Below, piece after piece: positions 16,709 to 26,635 of a stretch of DNA of 64,000 bases (the first letter of the stretch is position 1; each line of letters opens with the position of its first letter). The DNA is from a virus, in IMG/VR virus record IMGVR_UViG_3300017991_000105, positions 3,901 through 67,900 of that record, one strand, 5' to 3'. The translations under genes and the position numbers were made by a program. The notes below the pieces were generated by a model. That model searched no databases. It was not told the DNA's origin and saw nothing but the letters and a program-made list of their open reading frames with translations.

Positions 16709-17549
16709 TCAGAAATTCCTCCAGCTTGTCTCCGCCCCTACAGAGATATTCATATTCACAGGTGAAACAGTAGGCTTTCTTGGGCTTGGGTGGGAACGCC
16801 CTGTTCCCCACCATGGCGTTGAACTCCCTGGTCAGTTCTACCGCCCGCTCCAGCTCCACCGGATCGTAGACTACCACTTCATCATGGGGCTTCTGGTTGT
16901 CCTTGTTTTCGTAGAGTAGAATTCCCTCTTCCAGGCCAAGAAGGTGGAGATATACCTGTAGCTGGAGCCTGTGGAACTGGTCCTTGGCTCCGCCCGCCTT
17001 CATACAGAAATTCTTGTTATTGGCGGACTTGATCTCCAGAAGGTAGCGCTTCCCGTGTTCCCCCCGGAAGGAAGGCCAGGTTCCCTTCTTGACTTTGATG
17101 ATCCCGTCATAGCGCCCGCTGTAGGCTACGTCATCCACGTAGCCCTGGGCTCTGTCTTCACAGGACTCCAAGATCCCCATCCTGTGAAGGATGGACTGGA
17201 GCCTGATGTGGGTGAAGGTCCCATTCTTCATCCTCATAAGCCCTTCAGCCAACTGGGGGGACCGTCTCATCTTCTCCAGATCGGGGGGAGCCTGGAAGGC
17301 GTCAAAGAAGATAGACCTGGGACAGGCCCCCAGACGGGACGGAGAAAACCCCTTCACCGTCTTGGGGGTCATGTTCTCTTCCGCGTCCAAGATGGCCCTG
17401 ATGGACGCCAGCTCTTCCTGTTCATTCTGTTGTCTGGTGATGTCCCCTGTCTTCAGGGCTATTTCATTGTCCACCATGAACTGGGCTATGGCCGGTGATA
17501 GTAGGCTTTCCGCCGCCGTGGCCACAGCCAGACGTTCCTTCAGTGACAT
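16587..17549 (-). CDS. Cas4-like PD-(D/E)xK exonuclease
   Basis: SPSRLGACPR, GTFTH, GRYDG, LLEIKS, QLQVY, C..C.Y...C Fe-S motif. Confidence 0.88.
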   Translation of the reverse strand: MSLKERLAVATAAESLLSPAIAQFMVDNEIALKTGDITRQQNEQEELASIRAILDAEENMTPKTVKGFSPSRLGACPRSIFFDAFQAPPDLEKMRRSPQLAEGLMRMKNGTFTHIRLQSILHRMGILESCEDRAQGYVDDVAYSGRYDGIIKVKKGTWPSFRGEHGKRYLLEIKSANNKNFCMKAGGAKDQFHRLQLQVYLHLLGLEEGILLYENKDNQKPHDEVVVYDPVELERAVELTREFNAMVGNRAFPPKPKKAYCFTCEYEYLCRGGDKLEEFLNGLPEKTTQRTKHTQSRSRSNTRKGSGTGRKRRLLFAPKA

Positions 17550-17559
17550 CCGTGACTCC

Positions 17560-17817
17560 TTACATGTTGACGGGGAACTGGGGCTTGGCCTTCGTCTTCG
17601 TGATCCTGGCCGCCTTGATCCTCCGCTTGATCAGTGACTTGGTGTTTCCGTGGTGGTCCACCCAGATCTTCCCAGCCTTGTCTTCATAGACAGAGACCTT
17701 CCGCCTGACCGTCTTGGCTGAACCCTTCTTCCCCTTCACTCCCTTCTTGGTGTAGGTGATGGTGACCTGTCTTCCTTCCCTGGCCGCTTTCCTGATCTCA
17801 CGTAGTCCCGCCATCAC
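17560..17817 (-). CDS. Stand-alone WYL-like domain protein
   Basis: IRKAAREGRQVTITY...RKVSVYE...KSLIKRRI pattern. Confidence 0.6.
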   Translation of the reverse strand: MMAGLREIRKAAREGRQVTITYTKKGVKGKKGSAKTVRRKVSVYEDKAGKIWVDHHGNTKSLIKRRIKAARITKTKAKPQFPVNM

Positions 17818-18121
17818 CGTCCCTCATTTCCAAGAAGTCCTCTTCAGGGATGATCACATAGCTGAACTCCCTGTTCCCTTCACAGAAGGTGACCAGGAAG
17901 ACGGGAGACTTCTTGTGGATCAGCGCTTCCTGGCCGATCTTCCGAAGCTCCGCCAGCTTCAGCTTGTAGCTGGCCTTGTCCGTGTATTTCAGTTCATACA
18001 GGTGGGGCTCCGTCTGACCGTCACCCTTCCAACCTGGTAGCGCCCCGCTGGCCGGGTTTCGCCGCCCGCCGTGGCGCTTCATCACCTTGTCTTCATGTTT
18101 CCGTGACCTGGACGGGCTCAC
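17798..18121 (-). CDS. Holliday junction resolvase-like nuclease
   Basis: HE..V...GGRRNPASGA...KGD....LYELK. Confidence 0.78.
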   Translation of the reverse strand: MSPSRSRKHEDKVMKRHGGRRNPASGALPGWKGDGQTEPHLYELKYTDKASYKLKLAELRKIGQEALIHKKSPVFLVTFCEGNREFSYVIIPEEDFLEMRDGDGGTT

Positions 18122-19194
18122 TGTCTGAACCTTTCGACCGCCACAGCCATCAGAGCGTTCCTGACTTCCGCGTAGACCTTGGGATCTGTCCGGAGTAGTT
18201 CCTTGAACGCCTTCTGGGTGTGTGACTTTCCCTGGAACTCCAGCTTGGAGGCCACCTTGGCCAGGACCCCGTAGTAGAGCCCGTAGTCAATCAGGTCCGT
18301 GATGTTGTCTATGGTCCCGCTGGGGTTCCCGTCTCTGGGCTTCGTGTGGAACCTGAACCCGCCGCGTTCGTCCTGGGGTCCGCCCGCTTTGTTCTTGGAC
18401 ACCGTGAACTTGATCTTCAGGCCAATGGTTTCCTGGATGTCCTTCTTCTGGGGGGTCTGAACCTTCTTCCTGACGAAGGCTTCCCGCGTCAGCTTGACCT
18501 GTTGGGACACGAAGAACTCCCGCGCCCGTCCGCCCGTCCCGATCTCTGGACTTCCGAACATGACCCCCACCCGCTCCCTGACCTGGTTGATCAGAAGGAG
18601 CGTGAACTGTGGGTTCTCTTCCATCAGGTCCTGGCGTAGCTCTGACAGAACCTTTCTACAGAACTTGGTCACCAGCTTGGCGTGGAGCCCTGGTTGGCCC
18701 CAGTCCATCCCTTCCTCCGTCTCCTTGGTGGGAACCATGGCCGCGATAGAGTCAAGAACAGCCAAGACTGGGACGTTGGTGTTCCGTAGGTCCCGTAGGA
18801 TCTCCACCATGGCGTCCCCAGCTTCTTCACCGCCCGCTGGCCGTACCAGGACGAACCTGTCCAGGTCCCCGCCCAGCTTCTCCAGCCAGACCTTGTCACA
18901 GGACCCTTCCAGATCCATGTAGACCGCGAAGGCTTCAGGATACTTCTTCATGAACTCCACACAGGCCAGCGTGGCCAATGTGGATTTACAGGTGGAGAAG
19001 GCCCCCATGATTTCAATCATCCGACCTTCCGCCCACCCGCCACACAGGGCAAAGTCCAGAGCCAGACAGCCCGTGGGAAACCGCCTGATGTCCAGGCTGA
19101 CAGCCTTGGACGCCTGGACCAGGACGCCCCGTCCATAGCGCTTCTCCATGTTGGCCAGAAGGCCCTGGATGGCGTTGTCAGTTGATTTCTTCAT
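18118..19194 (-). CDS. recA: RecA-like recombinase
   Basis: TGCLALDFAL.GG..EGR.IEI.G, DSIAAMVP, LINQVRERVGVMFGSPE, KNK; P-loop variant GAFSTCKS. Confidence 0.95.
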   Translation of the reverse strand: MKKSTDNAIQGLLANMEKRYGRGVLVQASKAVSLDIRRFPTGCLALDFALCGGWAEGRMIEIMGAFSTCKSTLATLACVEFMKKYPEAFAVYMDLEGSCDKVWLEKLGGDLDRFVLVRPAGGEEAGDAMVEILRDLRNTNVPVLAVLDSIAAMVPTKETEEGMDWGQPGLHAKLVTKFCRKVLSELRQDLMEENPQFTLLLINQVRERVGVMFGSPEIGTGGRAREFFVSQQVKLTREAFVRKKVQTPQKKDIQETIGLKIKFTVSKNKAGGPQDERGGFRFHTKPRDGNPSGTIDNITDLIDYGLYYGVLAKVASKLEFQGKSHTQKAFKELLRTDPKVYAEVRNALMAVAVERFRQ

Positions 19195-19507
19195 ACAGGT
19201 CATCCATCTTACATCCGAAGATTTCACACAGGATCAGAGCCATGGGAGAAGACAGGAAGATTTCCCCTTCTTCCAACTGGAAGATGAACTGACGCCTGAC
19301 GCCGATCTGGCGGGCCAGGTCCACCTGTTTCATGATACCAGCTTTTTCCCGCTCTTCCTTGACCCGGCACCGGTAGCGGGCCTTGACTTCAGACGTGGGC
19401 CTGGAGTCCTCCGCCGTGGTCTTCTTCTTGGGTAGGATCTTCTTCTTCTTGCTAGGCCGCTTCAGCGCCTTCTTCTTGGTCTTCTTCACGTCCTTCAGCT
19501 TCAACAT
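19178..19507 (-). CDS. XRE-family HTH regulator with Lys-rich N-terminus
   Basis: REKAGIMKQVDLARQIGVRRQFIFQLEEG...LCEIFGCKMDDLY. Confidence 0.85.
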   Translation of the reverse strand: MLKLKDVKKTKKKALKRPSKKKKILPKKKTTAEDSRPTSEVKARYRCRVKEEREKAGIMKQVDLARQIGVRRQFIFQLEEGEIFLSSPMALILCEIFGCKMDDLYEEIN

Positions 19508-21407
19508 CTTCAGTCAGCTCCTTCCAGTTGGGTCCCAGCTCCGCGTTCACTCTGATGGGGACAGGGAGATCCCTGACGCCTTCAGGAGCCTGAACCATCA
19601 GGTCCACGATAATGTCCCGCGCCTCCGGCGCCACGTCTTCAGGGGCTTCAAACAGTAGTTCATCATGGACCTGGAGAAGTAGGTGGGTGTCCAGCTCCCG
19701 GAGCCGCCTGTCATGGTGACAGCGGATCATGGCCTGTTTGATCCAGTCTCCCACGGAGCCCTGGATGGTGTTGTTTATCAGTTCACGTTCAGCCCCTAAC
19801 CTCTTGTCCTGGGAACGTGACTCCAGGTTCTCCACGGACCTGGGCCGTCCAGTGATCAGCGGAACGAACCCGCCAACCTTGTGAAATTCAATCCACTCCC
19901 GCCGCCAGGTCCTGACGCCGGAGTAGGTTTCAAAGAACCGTTCTATGTATTGCTTGGCCACCATCTCTTCCGTGGGCTCCCCCTCCACGGTCAGGGTCAT
20001 GGCCAGGTTGGCCGGTCCCAGCCCATACATCAGGCCAAAATTCAGGGCCTTGGCCACGGGCCTGGACACATGACATTCATCCGCTGTCATCTGGTGGATG
20101 TCCCCGTCCGTCTGGTAGACCTCCACCAGCCTGGCGTCCCTGGAAAAGATGGCCATCATCCTCAGTTCAAACTGGGAGTAATCCACATCTATCAGCGTGT
20201 ATCCTGGCCGCGCCCTGAAACAGGACCGGATGGAGACGGAGCCAATGTCCGCCCGCTTGGGAATGTTCTGAAGGTTGGGGTTTGAACTGGAGAACCGGCC
20301 CGTCACCGTCCCCACAGGGTTTAGGGACGTGTGAAGGACGTTCCCGTCATCCGTGTAAGACAGAAGCCCCGTCTTGGTGTTGACGTAGGTGTTGTAGAGT
20401 TTAGACAGGGCCGCGTGTTCCAGGATCTTGGGGATCATGGGGTGATATTCCTGGATCAGGGCCAGGGTCTTCTTGTCAACCTTCGCCTGGCCTTTGTCCG
20501 TCCTGGCGATACAGGGGAGCCCTAGCCCCTTCTTCCGTCCCGTCTCCCAAGGCTTCCTGAATTCACCAAACAGGACGTTTCCTAGCTGTTGGTTGGACGC
20601 CACGTTGAAGTGACCGCCCGCCTCCACCAGGATGTCCCCGTGTAGTTCCTCCAGTTTGTTCTCCATCTCCCAGGCCGCCCGGCTGATCTTGACATCATCC
20701 AGCATGATCCCCCGCCGCTCCATGGTCTGGACCACTTCCAATATCTGGGACTCCTGGCCCCTGAAGAACTGTTCCCTGACGGAAGTGTTGGGTCCGCCTT
20801 TCCTGGGGATGAACCCCACTGGGGTCAGCTTCAAGTGTTTCACGTCCTTCACTGGGGACGTTCCTTCCGTCAGAGCCTTGTATAGCTCCCAGGTGATGAC
20901 CGCGTCCAGCTCCGCGTATTCGGACAGCTTGTCCACATTCTTGAAGTCCACAGCCCTGGTCTGGGTCTGGTAGCGCCCGACCAAGGGACCCATGGCCTTC
21001 AGACCTTTGGGCCTGTTTTCATTCTGGCACCAACAGCCCACCATGGTGTCAAAGATCCTGACCAGGGGGACCCTGTGGTTCCCCAGGACGTAGTTATCAT
21101 AGTTGGAATTGTGAAGAACCTTCAGAACTGTGGGGTCCCCAAGGAACGGACCTAGAACCTCCAGGACCGCGTCCGTGGTAAGGAAGCCGGGGAACTGGAC
21201 CGCCAGGGGGATAGCGTATGAATGATATTCAGGCCCGTCACCCCAACACAGGGAGACCATGTTAAGACGCGCCCTTGGTAGCATCCTGGCGTCAGATCTC
21301 TTCCCTGGGATGGTGATGGGGAAGGTCTCTGTGTCGATGGAGAACGCGGGCTGGTCTTCCAGCCGCTCCCGGAGATCCCACAGTTCTTCAGGTGTTTTGA
21401 TGATCAC
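19452..21407 (-). CDS. polA: Family A DNA polymerase with 3'-5' exonuclease
   Basis: DTET exo I; TGRFSSSNPNLQNIP; motifs A DYSQFELR, B KALNFGLMYG, C VHDEL. Confidence 0.97.
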   Translation of the reverse strand: MIIKTPEELWDLRERLEDQPAFSIDTETFPITIPGKRSDARMLPRARLNMVSLCWGDGPEYHSYAIPLAVQFPGFLTTDAVLEVLGPFLGDPTVLKVLHNSNYDNYVLGNHRVPLVRIFDTMVGCWCQNENRPKGLKAMGPLVGRYQTQTRAVDFKNVDKLSEYAELDAVITWELYKALTEGTSPVKDVKHLKLTPVGFIPRKGGPNTSVREQFFRGQESQILEVVQTMERRGIMLDDVKISRAAWEMENKLEELHGDILVEAGGHFNVASNQQLGNVLFGEFRKPWETGRKKGLGLPCIARTDKGQAKVDKKTLALIQEYHPMIPKILEHAALSKLYNTYVNTKTGLLSYTDDGNVLHTSLNPVGTVTGRFSSSNPNLQNIPKRADIGSVSIRSCFRARPGYTLIDVDYSQFELRMMAIFSRDARLVEVYQTDGDIHQMTADECHVSRPVAKALNFGLMYGLGPANLAMTLTVEGEPTEEMVAKQYIERFFETYSGVRTWRREWIEFHKVGGFVPLITGRPRSVENLESRSQDKRLGAERELINNTIQGSVGDWIKQAMIRCHHDRRLRELDTHLLLQVHDELLFEAPEDVAPEARDIIVDLMVQAPEGVRDLPVPIRVNAELGPNWKELTEDVEAEGREEDQEEGAEAA

Positions 21408-21670
21408 GGTTTATGAACCTTCAGCCCAGGGATGGCTCCCTTGACAGGAATGACCTTCCCTTTGGGGGCTCCGCCCTGACCCTTGGCGCTGGACAAGATC
21501 ATGTCCTTGACCACGTCCAGAAGTAGGTTCAGAAGACCCAAGTCCTGGATGTTGGTCTTGAACGCCGTGGTCCCCTTTGGTGACTGGGAGACCACGATGA
21601 ACTTCTCCACGTCCTTGGCCAGGTTCTCCACCTGGCCGTGGTCATGTGTGATCTGGATGGTGATGGCCAT
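21404..21670 (-). CDS. Hypothetical protein
   Basis: 88-aa ORF coupled to polA, GGAGG RBS. Confidence 0.65.
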   Translation of the reverse strand: MAITIQITHDHGQVENLAKDVEKFIVVSQSPKGTTAFKTNIQDLGLLNLLLDVVKDMILSSAKGQGGAPKGKVIPVKGAIPGLKVHKP

Positions 21671-21672
21671 GG

Positions 21673-22611
21673 CTAGACATCCTCCTGTTCCGCCACGTTC
21701 CCAGCCAGTCCAGCCTCCGCTATCTTGGCCAACTGTTCCGCCTGGGACAGGGGCTTGTAGAATTCGCCCAGGTTGTCACGAAGCCTTGGGGGAATGTCCA
21801 TCCCATCAGGAACTTCAGGGGACTCTTCCATGTCAGGGACCAGAACATACTGGGCCTGTTGAACGCCGTTCCTGGTGATCTCGAAATCCCGCCCAGTCAA
21901 AAGGCCCTTGTCAGCGAACTTCTGAATGTTCTGGTGAAGCTTCTGAGTGGTTTCAAACAGCCTGGGGGTGTGACAGTGTGTCTGTCCGTCCTTCTTGGAA
22001 GTCCACTCCGTCCGGTCAATGACTTCATAGACCGCCCTGACGGACCTGTTGACTCCAGCCGCACAGAACGCACAGGTGACCGCCTCCGCGTCAGGAACCT
22101 CCACGCCTTCACCACAGACGAAATAGAACCAGCGCCCCTTGATCTGGATGGCGTGGTAGTAGACCCCTGTGATGTGGGTGTTGTCCCTGAACCTGACCGT
22201 CTTGGAGTCCCCGTCTTTCAGGTAGAGCCTGGGGACGTAGCTGGTGGAAGCGTTCTGGGCCGCCTCCGCCTGTTTGTCCAGGGCCTTCTTCAGTTGGTCC
22301 GCGTTCAGAAGGTAGGACGGCTGATCCCCGCTGGGAGCCGCTGGGGCCTGGGTTTGTTCCGCGCCGTTCCCGTTCTCTTCCTCTTCCTCTTCTTCGTCCG
22401 CCGTGAAGCCGATAGCTTCCGCCACGCCCTTCAGGTCATCCGCCAGCTTTTCATAGGCGTCTTCGTTCTCCGCCAAATGGGCCAGCGCCTTCTCCGCCAG
22501 CTTGGTGGCGTCATCCTTCTTCATGACCTTCAGGTCCATGGCCCTGACCAGCTTCTTCAGTTGAAGCCTGGTCTGTCCTTGGAAGGTGGTGTCCTTCACA
22601 TCCTGTGACAT
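21673..22611 (-). CDS. Single-stranded DNA-binding protein (gp32-like), N-terminal extension
   Basis: LYLKDGDSKTVRF, H...C...CAFC zinc site, FEITRNG...Y; own promoter. Confidence 0.7.
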   Translation of the reverse strand: MSQDVKDTTFQGQTRLQLKKLVRAMDLKVMKKDDATKLAEKALAHLAENEDAYEKLADDLKGVAEAIGFTADEEEEEEENGNGAEQTQAPAAPSGDQPSYLLNADQLKKALDKQAEAAQNASTSYVPRLYLKDGDSKTVRFRDNTHITGVYYHAIQIKGRWFYFVCGEGVEVPDAEAVTCAFCAAGVNRSVRAVYEVIDRTEWTSKKDGQTHCHTPRLFETTQKLHQNIQKFADKGLLTGRDFEITRNGVQQAQYVLVPDMEESPEVPDGMDIPPRLRDNLGEFYKPLSQAEQLAKIAEAGLAGNVAEQEDV

Positions 22612-22657
22612 CGTGGTCTCCTTTCGTGTGGGATCGTGTGTAGAACGTATTGTCTAC

Positions 22658-22686
22658 ACTGTAAACCTATTCCTTGGCACTGTCAA
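22658..22686 (-). promoter_or_regulatory. Sigma70-type promoter upstream of SSB
   Basis: TTGACA-N17-TACAGT. Confidence 0.8.
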
Positions 22687-22697
22687 GGGAAAAATGT

Positions 22698-23624
22698 CTA
22701 TAGGCCAACCAGCCGGGCGGATTTCAGTGAGCCCTGGAACTGGTCTTCCGTCATGTCAGCCGGGTCCTTGACGCCTTCTGGGTAGTCCACCTTGAACAGC
22801 CTGGTCCTCCTTCCTATCCAGCCGTCCACTGTGGTGATCATCTGTTCCCCGCCTGGGTCATTGTCAAACATCAGGACCACCCGCTGGCCGTAGTCAACCA
22901 TCAGGTCCGCCTGTTTTCTACTGGGAGCGCCACCCGTGGACACCACGTTGGGGTAGCCAAAGGAAGCCACCTTCAAAGCGTCCAGCTCCCCCTCTGTGAC
23001 TATCAGGGGCTCCCTGGTCTTGGACTCACAGGTCAAGGGTCTGAAGAGCGCCAGGCCCCTCTTGAACCCGAAGTAGGGAAGAGTCTTGGGTTCCACCAGA
23101 CTCTTCCTAGCCCGGCCCGTCATCCCGTGAAGCCGCTTCCCTCCGTCCTCCCACCAGGGATAGATCACCCTGTCCTGTTTGGGATCATAGCCCAGCCTAC
23201 AGTCCCCCGCCACAGCCAGGGACACACCGCGCTTCACCAACCAGAACCCCGCCTTCTTCTGGTGGACTTCAAAGGGACGAAACAAGGACGCCGGAGTGAA
23301 CTGGACTTCTTCGTTCATCCATCTCCGTTCAAACTCTGGGATGTCCCCTGTGAATTCCGGAACCGTGTAGGAACCGAACTTCCCGATGAACTCCAGCGCC
23401 CGTTCTTTCGTGGTGGCCATGACCTTCTGAACCAACCAGATCAGGGTCCCCTTGGCCCCGCATGAATAACAGTTCCATGGGTGGAACTGTTTGGTGGTGG
23501 AGATCCCCCAAGAAGGACGCCGTTCATGGTGGATAGGACACAGGCCCGTGATGTTGGTGTGTCTGGGGGTCAGCCCTTCCACGCCGATGGCTTCACACAG
23601 GTGGAGAAGCTGTCCCGCCGTCAT
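22698..23624 (-). CDS. dnaG: DNA primase (CHC2 zinc finger + TOPRIM)
   Basis: CPIHHERRPS...CYSCG; EGELD; FDNDPGG; KDP. Confidence 0.93.
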   Translation of the reverse strand: MTAGQLLHLCEAIGVEGLTPRHTNITGLCPIHHERRPSWGISTTKQFHPWNCYSCGAKGTLIWLVQKVMATTKERALEFIGKFGSYTVPEFTGDIPEFERRWMNEEVQFTPASLFRPFEVHQKKAGFWLVKRGVSLAVAGDCRLGYDPKQDRVIYPWWEDGGKRLHGMTGRARKSLVEPKTLPYFGFKRGLALFRPLTCESKTREPLIVTEGELDALKVASFGYPNVVSTGGAPSRKQADLMVDYGQRVVLMFDNDPGGEQMITTVDGWIGRRTRLFKVDYPEGVKDPADMTEDQFQGSLKSARLVGL

Positions 23625-24952
23625 GACTGGGCCTCCTTCTTCTTCCTGAACTCGTTTTCAATCTTGACCGCCACTTTGTCCGTCCTCCGCTCTTCCTCTG
23701 GCTTGATCTCCCCTGGCGGGACTTCATCGAAACATGGGGGGTCAAAGGTGAACCTGACGTGGAAGCCGCCTATCCCTGAATTCCTGGACTTCTCCACGTT
23801 GAAGGTCCTGACCGGGTCCTTCCTGACGCCCGCCAGTTCAAAGACATAGTCAGAGTGATGGGTGATAGCGTCAGCGTAGTAGACCGTGGCCAGGCCGCCG
23901 CCTGTCTTCCCACCCTTCTCTTCCCCGCCTTCCCTCCGCTCCTGGAAGGTCTGAAGGATGAACACGTTCTTGGCCTTGGCCACCCGCTTCATCATCCTGG
24001 CCACCTTCACGCCCGTCTCTGACAGGCCGACCTTGGACGCCCCAATCAGGAGATCCGCGCCGTCAATGATGACCACGTCCGGTCTGTATTCCTGGATCTT
24101 GGACACCACAGACTGGACCCCCACAGCTTCGTCCAGGTCTTCGTCATCCACAATGATGAAGTCAGGAAGGTTCTGGCTCTTCATCCGTCTGATGGCCGCC
24201 TTCAGCTTCCGTTCCTCTTCCGCCTTCAGTTGGCCCCGCGTGTAGCGTGTATAGGACAGACCAAAATTCATACAGTCAGCCCGCTGGGCTATCTCTTCCG
24301 CTCCCATCTCCTTGGAGATGTAGACCACCCGCGCCCCCTGTCTCCACCAATGGAGTCCGAAGACCAGAGTCATCCAGGTCTTCCCCACTGATGTCCTGGC
24401 TATGATGGTGGCCAGTTGTTTGGGTTTGAACTTGGGGGCCATCTTCGCCAGCGTAGGCCAAGGGGAAGTCAAACCGTCCGTCTTCAGCTCCGCCTGGAGC
24501 CTTTCGTAGCTGGACCACTTGTCCTCCTTCTGGGCTGACCAGTCCAAGTCCGCCCTGGTGTCCCAGACATTTTGAAGACTGGTGACCGCGTCAAATATCT
24601 TCTGTGTGGCCTTCGTGGCCGCGTCTTCATCCAGGGACTCCAGGTCCACCCTGACCTCCCCCACCAGGTCCCTGACTTTGTTGAACTTCTCCCGTTCAAA
24701 CAGTTGGTCCGCCCAGTAGGACAGGGGGTCCGTCTCCGTGGGGAACTTGGGGGCCAAGGACGGGAAGCTATTCAGGAACAGCCGCTTGGAAGGGATCGTT
24801 CCGTGGTCCTTCCAGAAATTCCTGATCCACGTCCATTCCGTGATCCTGGACTTGAACAGGTCCAGCCCTTGACACCCCATCAGAAAGGATGTCCGTTCAG
24901 CCTGGGAACTATCGTAGAAACTCGCCAGCGCTTCCACTTCCATGTCAGCCAT
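23621..24952 (-). CDS. dnaB: DnaB-like replicative helicase
   Basis: Walker A ARTSVGKT, SKEM, VIIDG, KSRN. Confidence 0.9.
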   Translation of the reverse strand: MADMEVEALASFYDSSQAERTSFLMGCQGLDLFKSRITEWTWIRNFWKDHGTIPSKRLFLNSFPSLAPKFPTETDPLSYWADQLFEREKFNKVRDLVGEVRVDLESLDEDAATKATQKIFDAVTSLQNVWDTRADLDWSAQKEDKWSSYERLQAELKTDGLTSPWPTLAKMAPKFKPKQLATIIARTSVGKTWMTLVFGLHWWRQGARVVYISKEMGAEEIAQRADCMNFGLSYTRYTRGQLKAEEERKLKAAIRRMKSQNLPDFIIVDDEDLDEAVGVQSVVSKIQEYRPDVVIIDGADLLIGASKVGLSETGVKVARMMKRVAKAKNVFILQTFQERREGGEEKGGKTGGGLATVYYADAITHHSDYVFELAGVRKDPVRTFNVEKSRNSGIGGFHVRFTFDPPCFDEVPPGEIKPEEERRTDKVAVKIENEFRKKKEAQS

Positions 24953-25628
24953 TAGCTTCCTCCTTCTTCGTCTGGATCAGTAGGGGAAGGTCATAGACAT
25001 CCGGTTCAGGCCGTGGATGGTTGGCCGCCGTACAGTCCAACAGGTCCTTGGAAATCTGGTTCCACAGATGAACATCATCCTCCAGTGACTTGGTGTTCCG
25101 TAGGTAGGCCGCTGGGTGGGTGACTTCGTAGAGTAACACCCCACGGAGGACCATGGGGTAGGTGAAGCCGCGCCGTCCGACTATGGCCGCTTCAGAGATC
25201 CGCCCAAGCATGATCAGGATGTTGGGCCTGATGTGGCGTAGGGTCTCCACCAACCAGGGCCGACACTCCAGAACTTCTCCCGCTTTGGGGGCTCTGTTTC
25301 TTCTGTTCTGACGGGGGTTACACTTGACCACGTTGGTGATGAAGACCCGCCGGTTCTGGGGAACCTTCTTCCCCGAATACTTCAGACCCAGATGGGCCAG
25401 GATGTCATCCAAGACCTTCCCAGCCGGTCCCACGAATGGGACGCCGCTTTCATCTTCCTGGGCTCCTGGGGCTTCGCCAATGATGACAGCTCTGGCGTCC
25501 TTGAACCCCTTCCCGAAAACCACATTATTCCGGGCCTCTGATAGCCCGCATCTGGCACATGAACACGTCTTCTCCCTTAACTGTGGCCAAGAGATCCGCC
25601 TGTTTGATGGCGGTTTCAGGATCTTCAT
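24945..25628 (-). CDS. Uracil-DNA glycosylase, family 4 (Fe-S)
   Basis: C.RC.L, IGEAPGAQED..G.PFVGPAG, TNVVKC.P, HPAA. Confidence 0.93.
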   Translation of the reverse strand: MKILKPPSNRRISWPQLREKTCSCARCGLSEARNNVVFGKGFKDARAVIIGEAPGAQEDESGVPFVGPAGKVLDDILAHLGLKYSGKKVPQNRRVFITNVVKCNPRQNRRNRAPKAGEVLECRPWLVETLRHIRPNILIMLGRISEAAIVGRRGFTYPMVLRGVLLYEVTHPAAYLRNTKSLEDDVHLWNQISKDLLDCTAANHPRPEPDVYDLPLLIQTKKEEANG

Positions 25629-25998
25629 AACCGTTCACTCCGTTCATACACACGCCCCACGTCTGGGGAAGGTTGGAAATGACCAGACAGCCTCTGAACA
25701 TGGTCATCCATTCCTTCAATGCCTTCTGGTCAGGGATGACCAGGTAGTCCGTGAAGAAGAGCGTTGGCCCCGATTTCTGGAGCCGGGATTTCATTCTATC
25801 ATCCGTCACCAACAGGAAGACGGAGTAGAAACTGGAAGCGTCAAACAGCCACTGTCTGACGAACATGGGGACTTCATAGCTGACCCGCCGTAGGACCTTG
25901 GACTTCTTGGGTGTGAAGACCACACCAATGGCGTCCACCATGATCACAGGCTTGGGGTGGATGTTGTCCCAAGGATCGTCAGCCATTTGACCCTCCAA
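25525..25998 (-). CDS. Hypothetical protein
   Basis: 157-aa ORF in the replication operon. Confidence 0.6.
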   Translation of the reverse strand: MEGQMADDPWDNIHPKPVIMVDAIGVVFTPKKSKVLRRVSYEVPMFVRQWLFDASSFYSVFLLVTDDRMKSRLQKSGPTLFFTDYLVIPDQKALKEWMTMFRGCLVISNLPQTWGVCMNGVNGYEDPETAIKQADLLATVKGEDVFMCQMRAIRGPE

Positions 25999-26620
25999 GG
26001 TTAGCCACCAACTTCTCCCTGTAGCCTTTGGCGTCCCCGCATTTCACGATCTGGAACAGGTCCGCGATGGTGACACCAAGACGTTCCCCCACCAGGTCAG
26101 CCAAACTAGACCCACCCGTTCCCAGGGTCATGGGAGGAAGGTGGGACAGGATGACCGTGGACCTTCCGTCTTCAATCCTCCGAAGGATGACCTTCTGTAG
26201 GATGTGCCAGCGCCAGTCTTTGGCGTCAGCTACTTCCACCAGGTCAAAGACAGCCAGGTCCACTTCTTCGTAGTGACTGACCACCAGGTCATTGGGGGTG
26301 AACTCCGATGGCCTAACAGACCCGAAGACCTCCGTCAACATGGACATGGGGGAGATGAATTTGGCCGTCATGTCCATAGCCAACACAGCCTTCACCATGG
26401 TGGCTCCCAATAGCCTGGTCTGGGCCAACAGTCCACCCTGAAGATAGATGTGTTGACCAACAGCTTCCACTGGGTCCTTCTGAAACAGACCCACGAACCT
26501 CCCCACCTTCCCCGCCGCCTTGGGCGGCCCGGAAAACGCTGGCAATGAAGGCGTGTAGAACTCCGCTGGAATTCCCGCTTCCCTCAGTTCAGCGAAGGTG
26601 ACAGTCTTGGCTTCCTCCAC
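25979..26620 (-). CDS. DnaC/IstB-like helicase loader with degenerate Walker A
   Basis: AGIP, IYLQG, VDLAVFD, RR...RSTVILS pattern; no GKT. Confidence 0.65.
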   Translation of the reverse strand: MEEAKTVTFAELREAGIPAEFYTPSLPAFSGPPKAAGKVGRFVGLFQKDPVEAVGQHIYLQGGLLAQTRLLGATMVKAVLAMDMTAKFISPMSMLTEVFGSVRPSEFTPNDLVVSHYEEVDLAVFDLVEVADAKDWRWHILQKVILRRIEDGRSTVILSHLPPMTLGTGGSSLADLVGERLGVTIADLFQIVKCGDAKGYREKLVANLGGSNG

Positions 26621-26635
26621 TTGGGTTCACTCCTT

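Noticed and set aside
16587-17549. Cas4-like gene as evidence of a CRISPR system
   Set aside because: No repeat-spacer array or other cas genes seen; stand-alone Cas4-like exonucleases are common in phage recombination modules.
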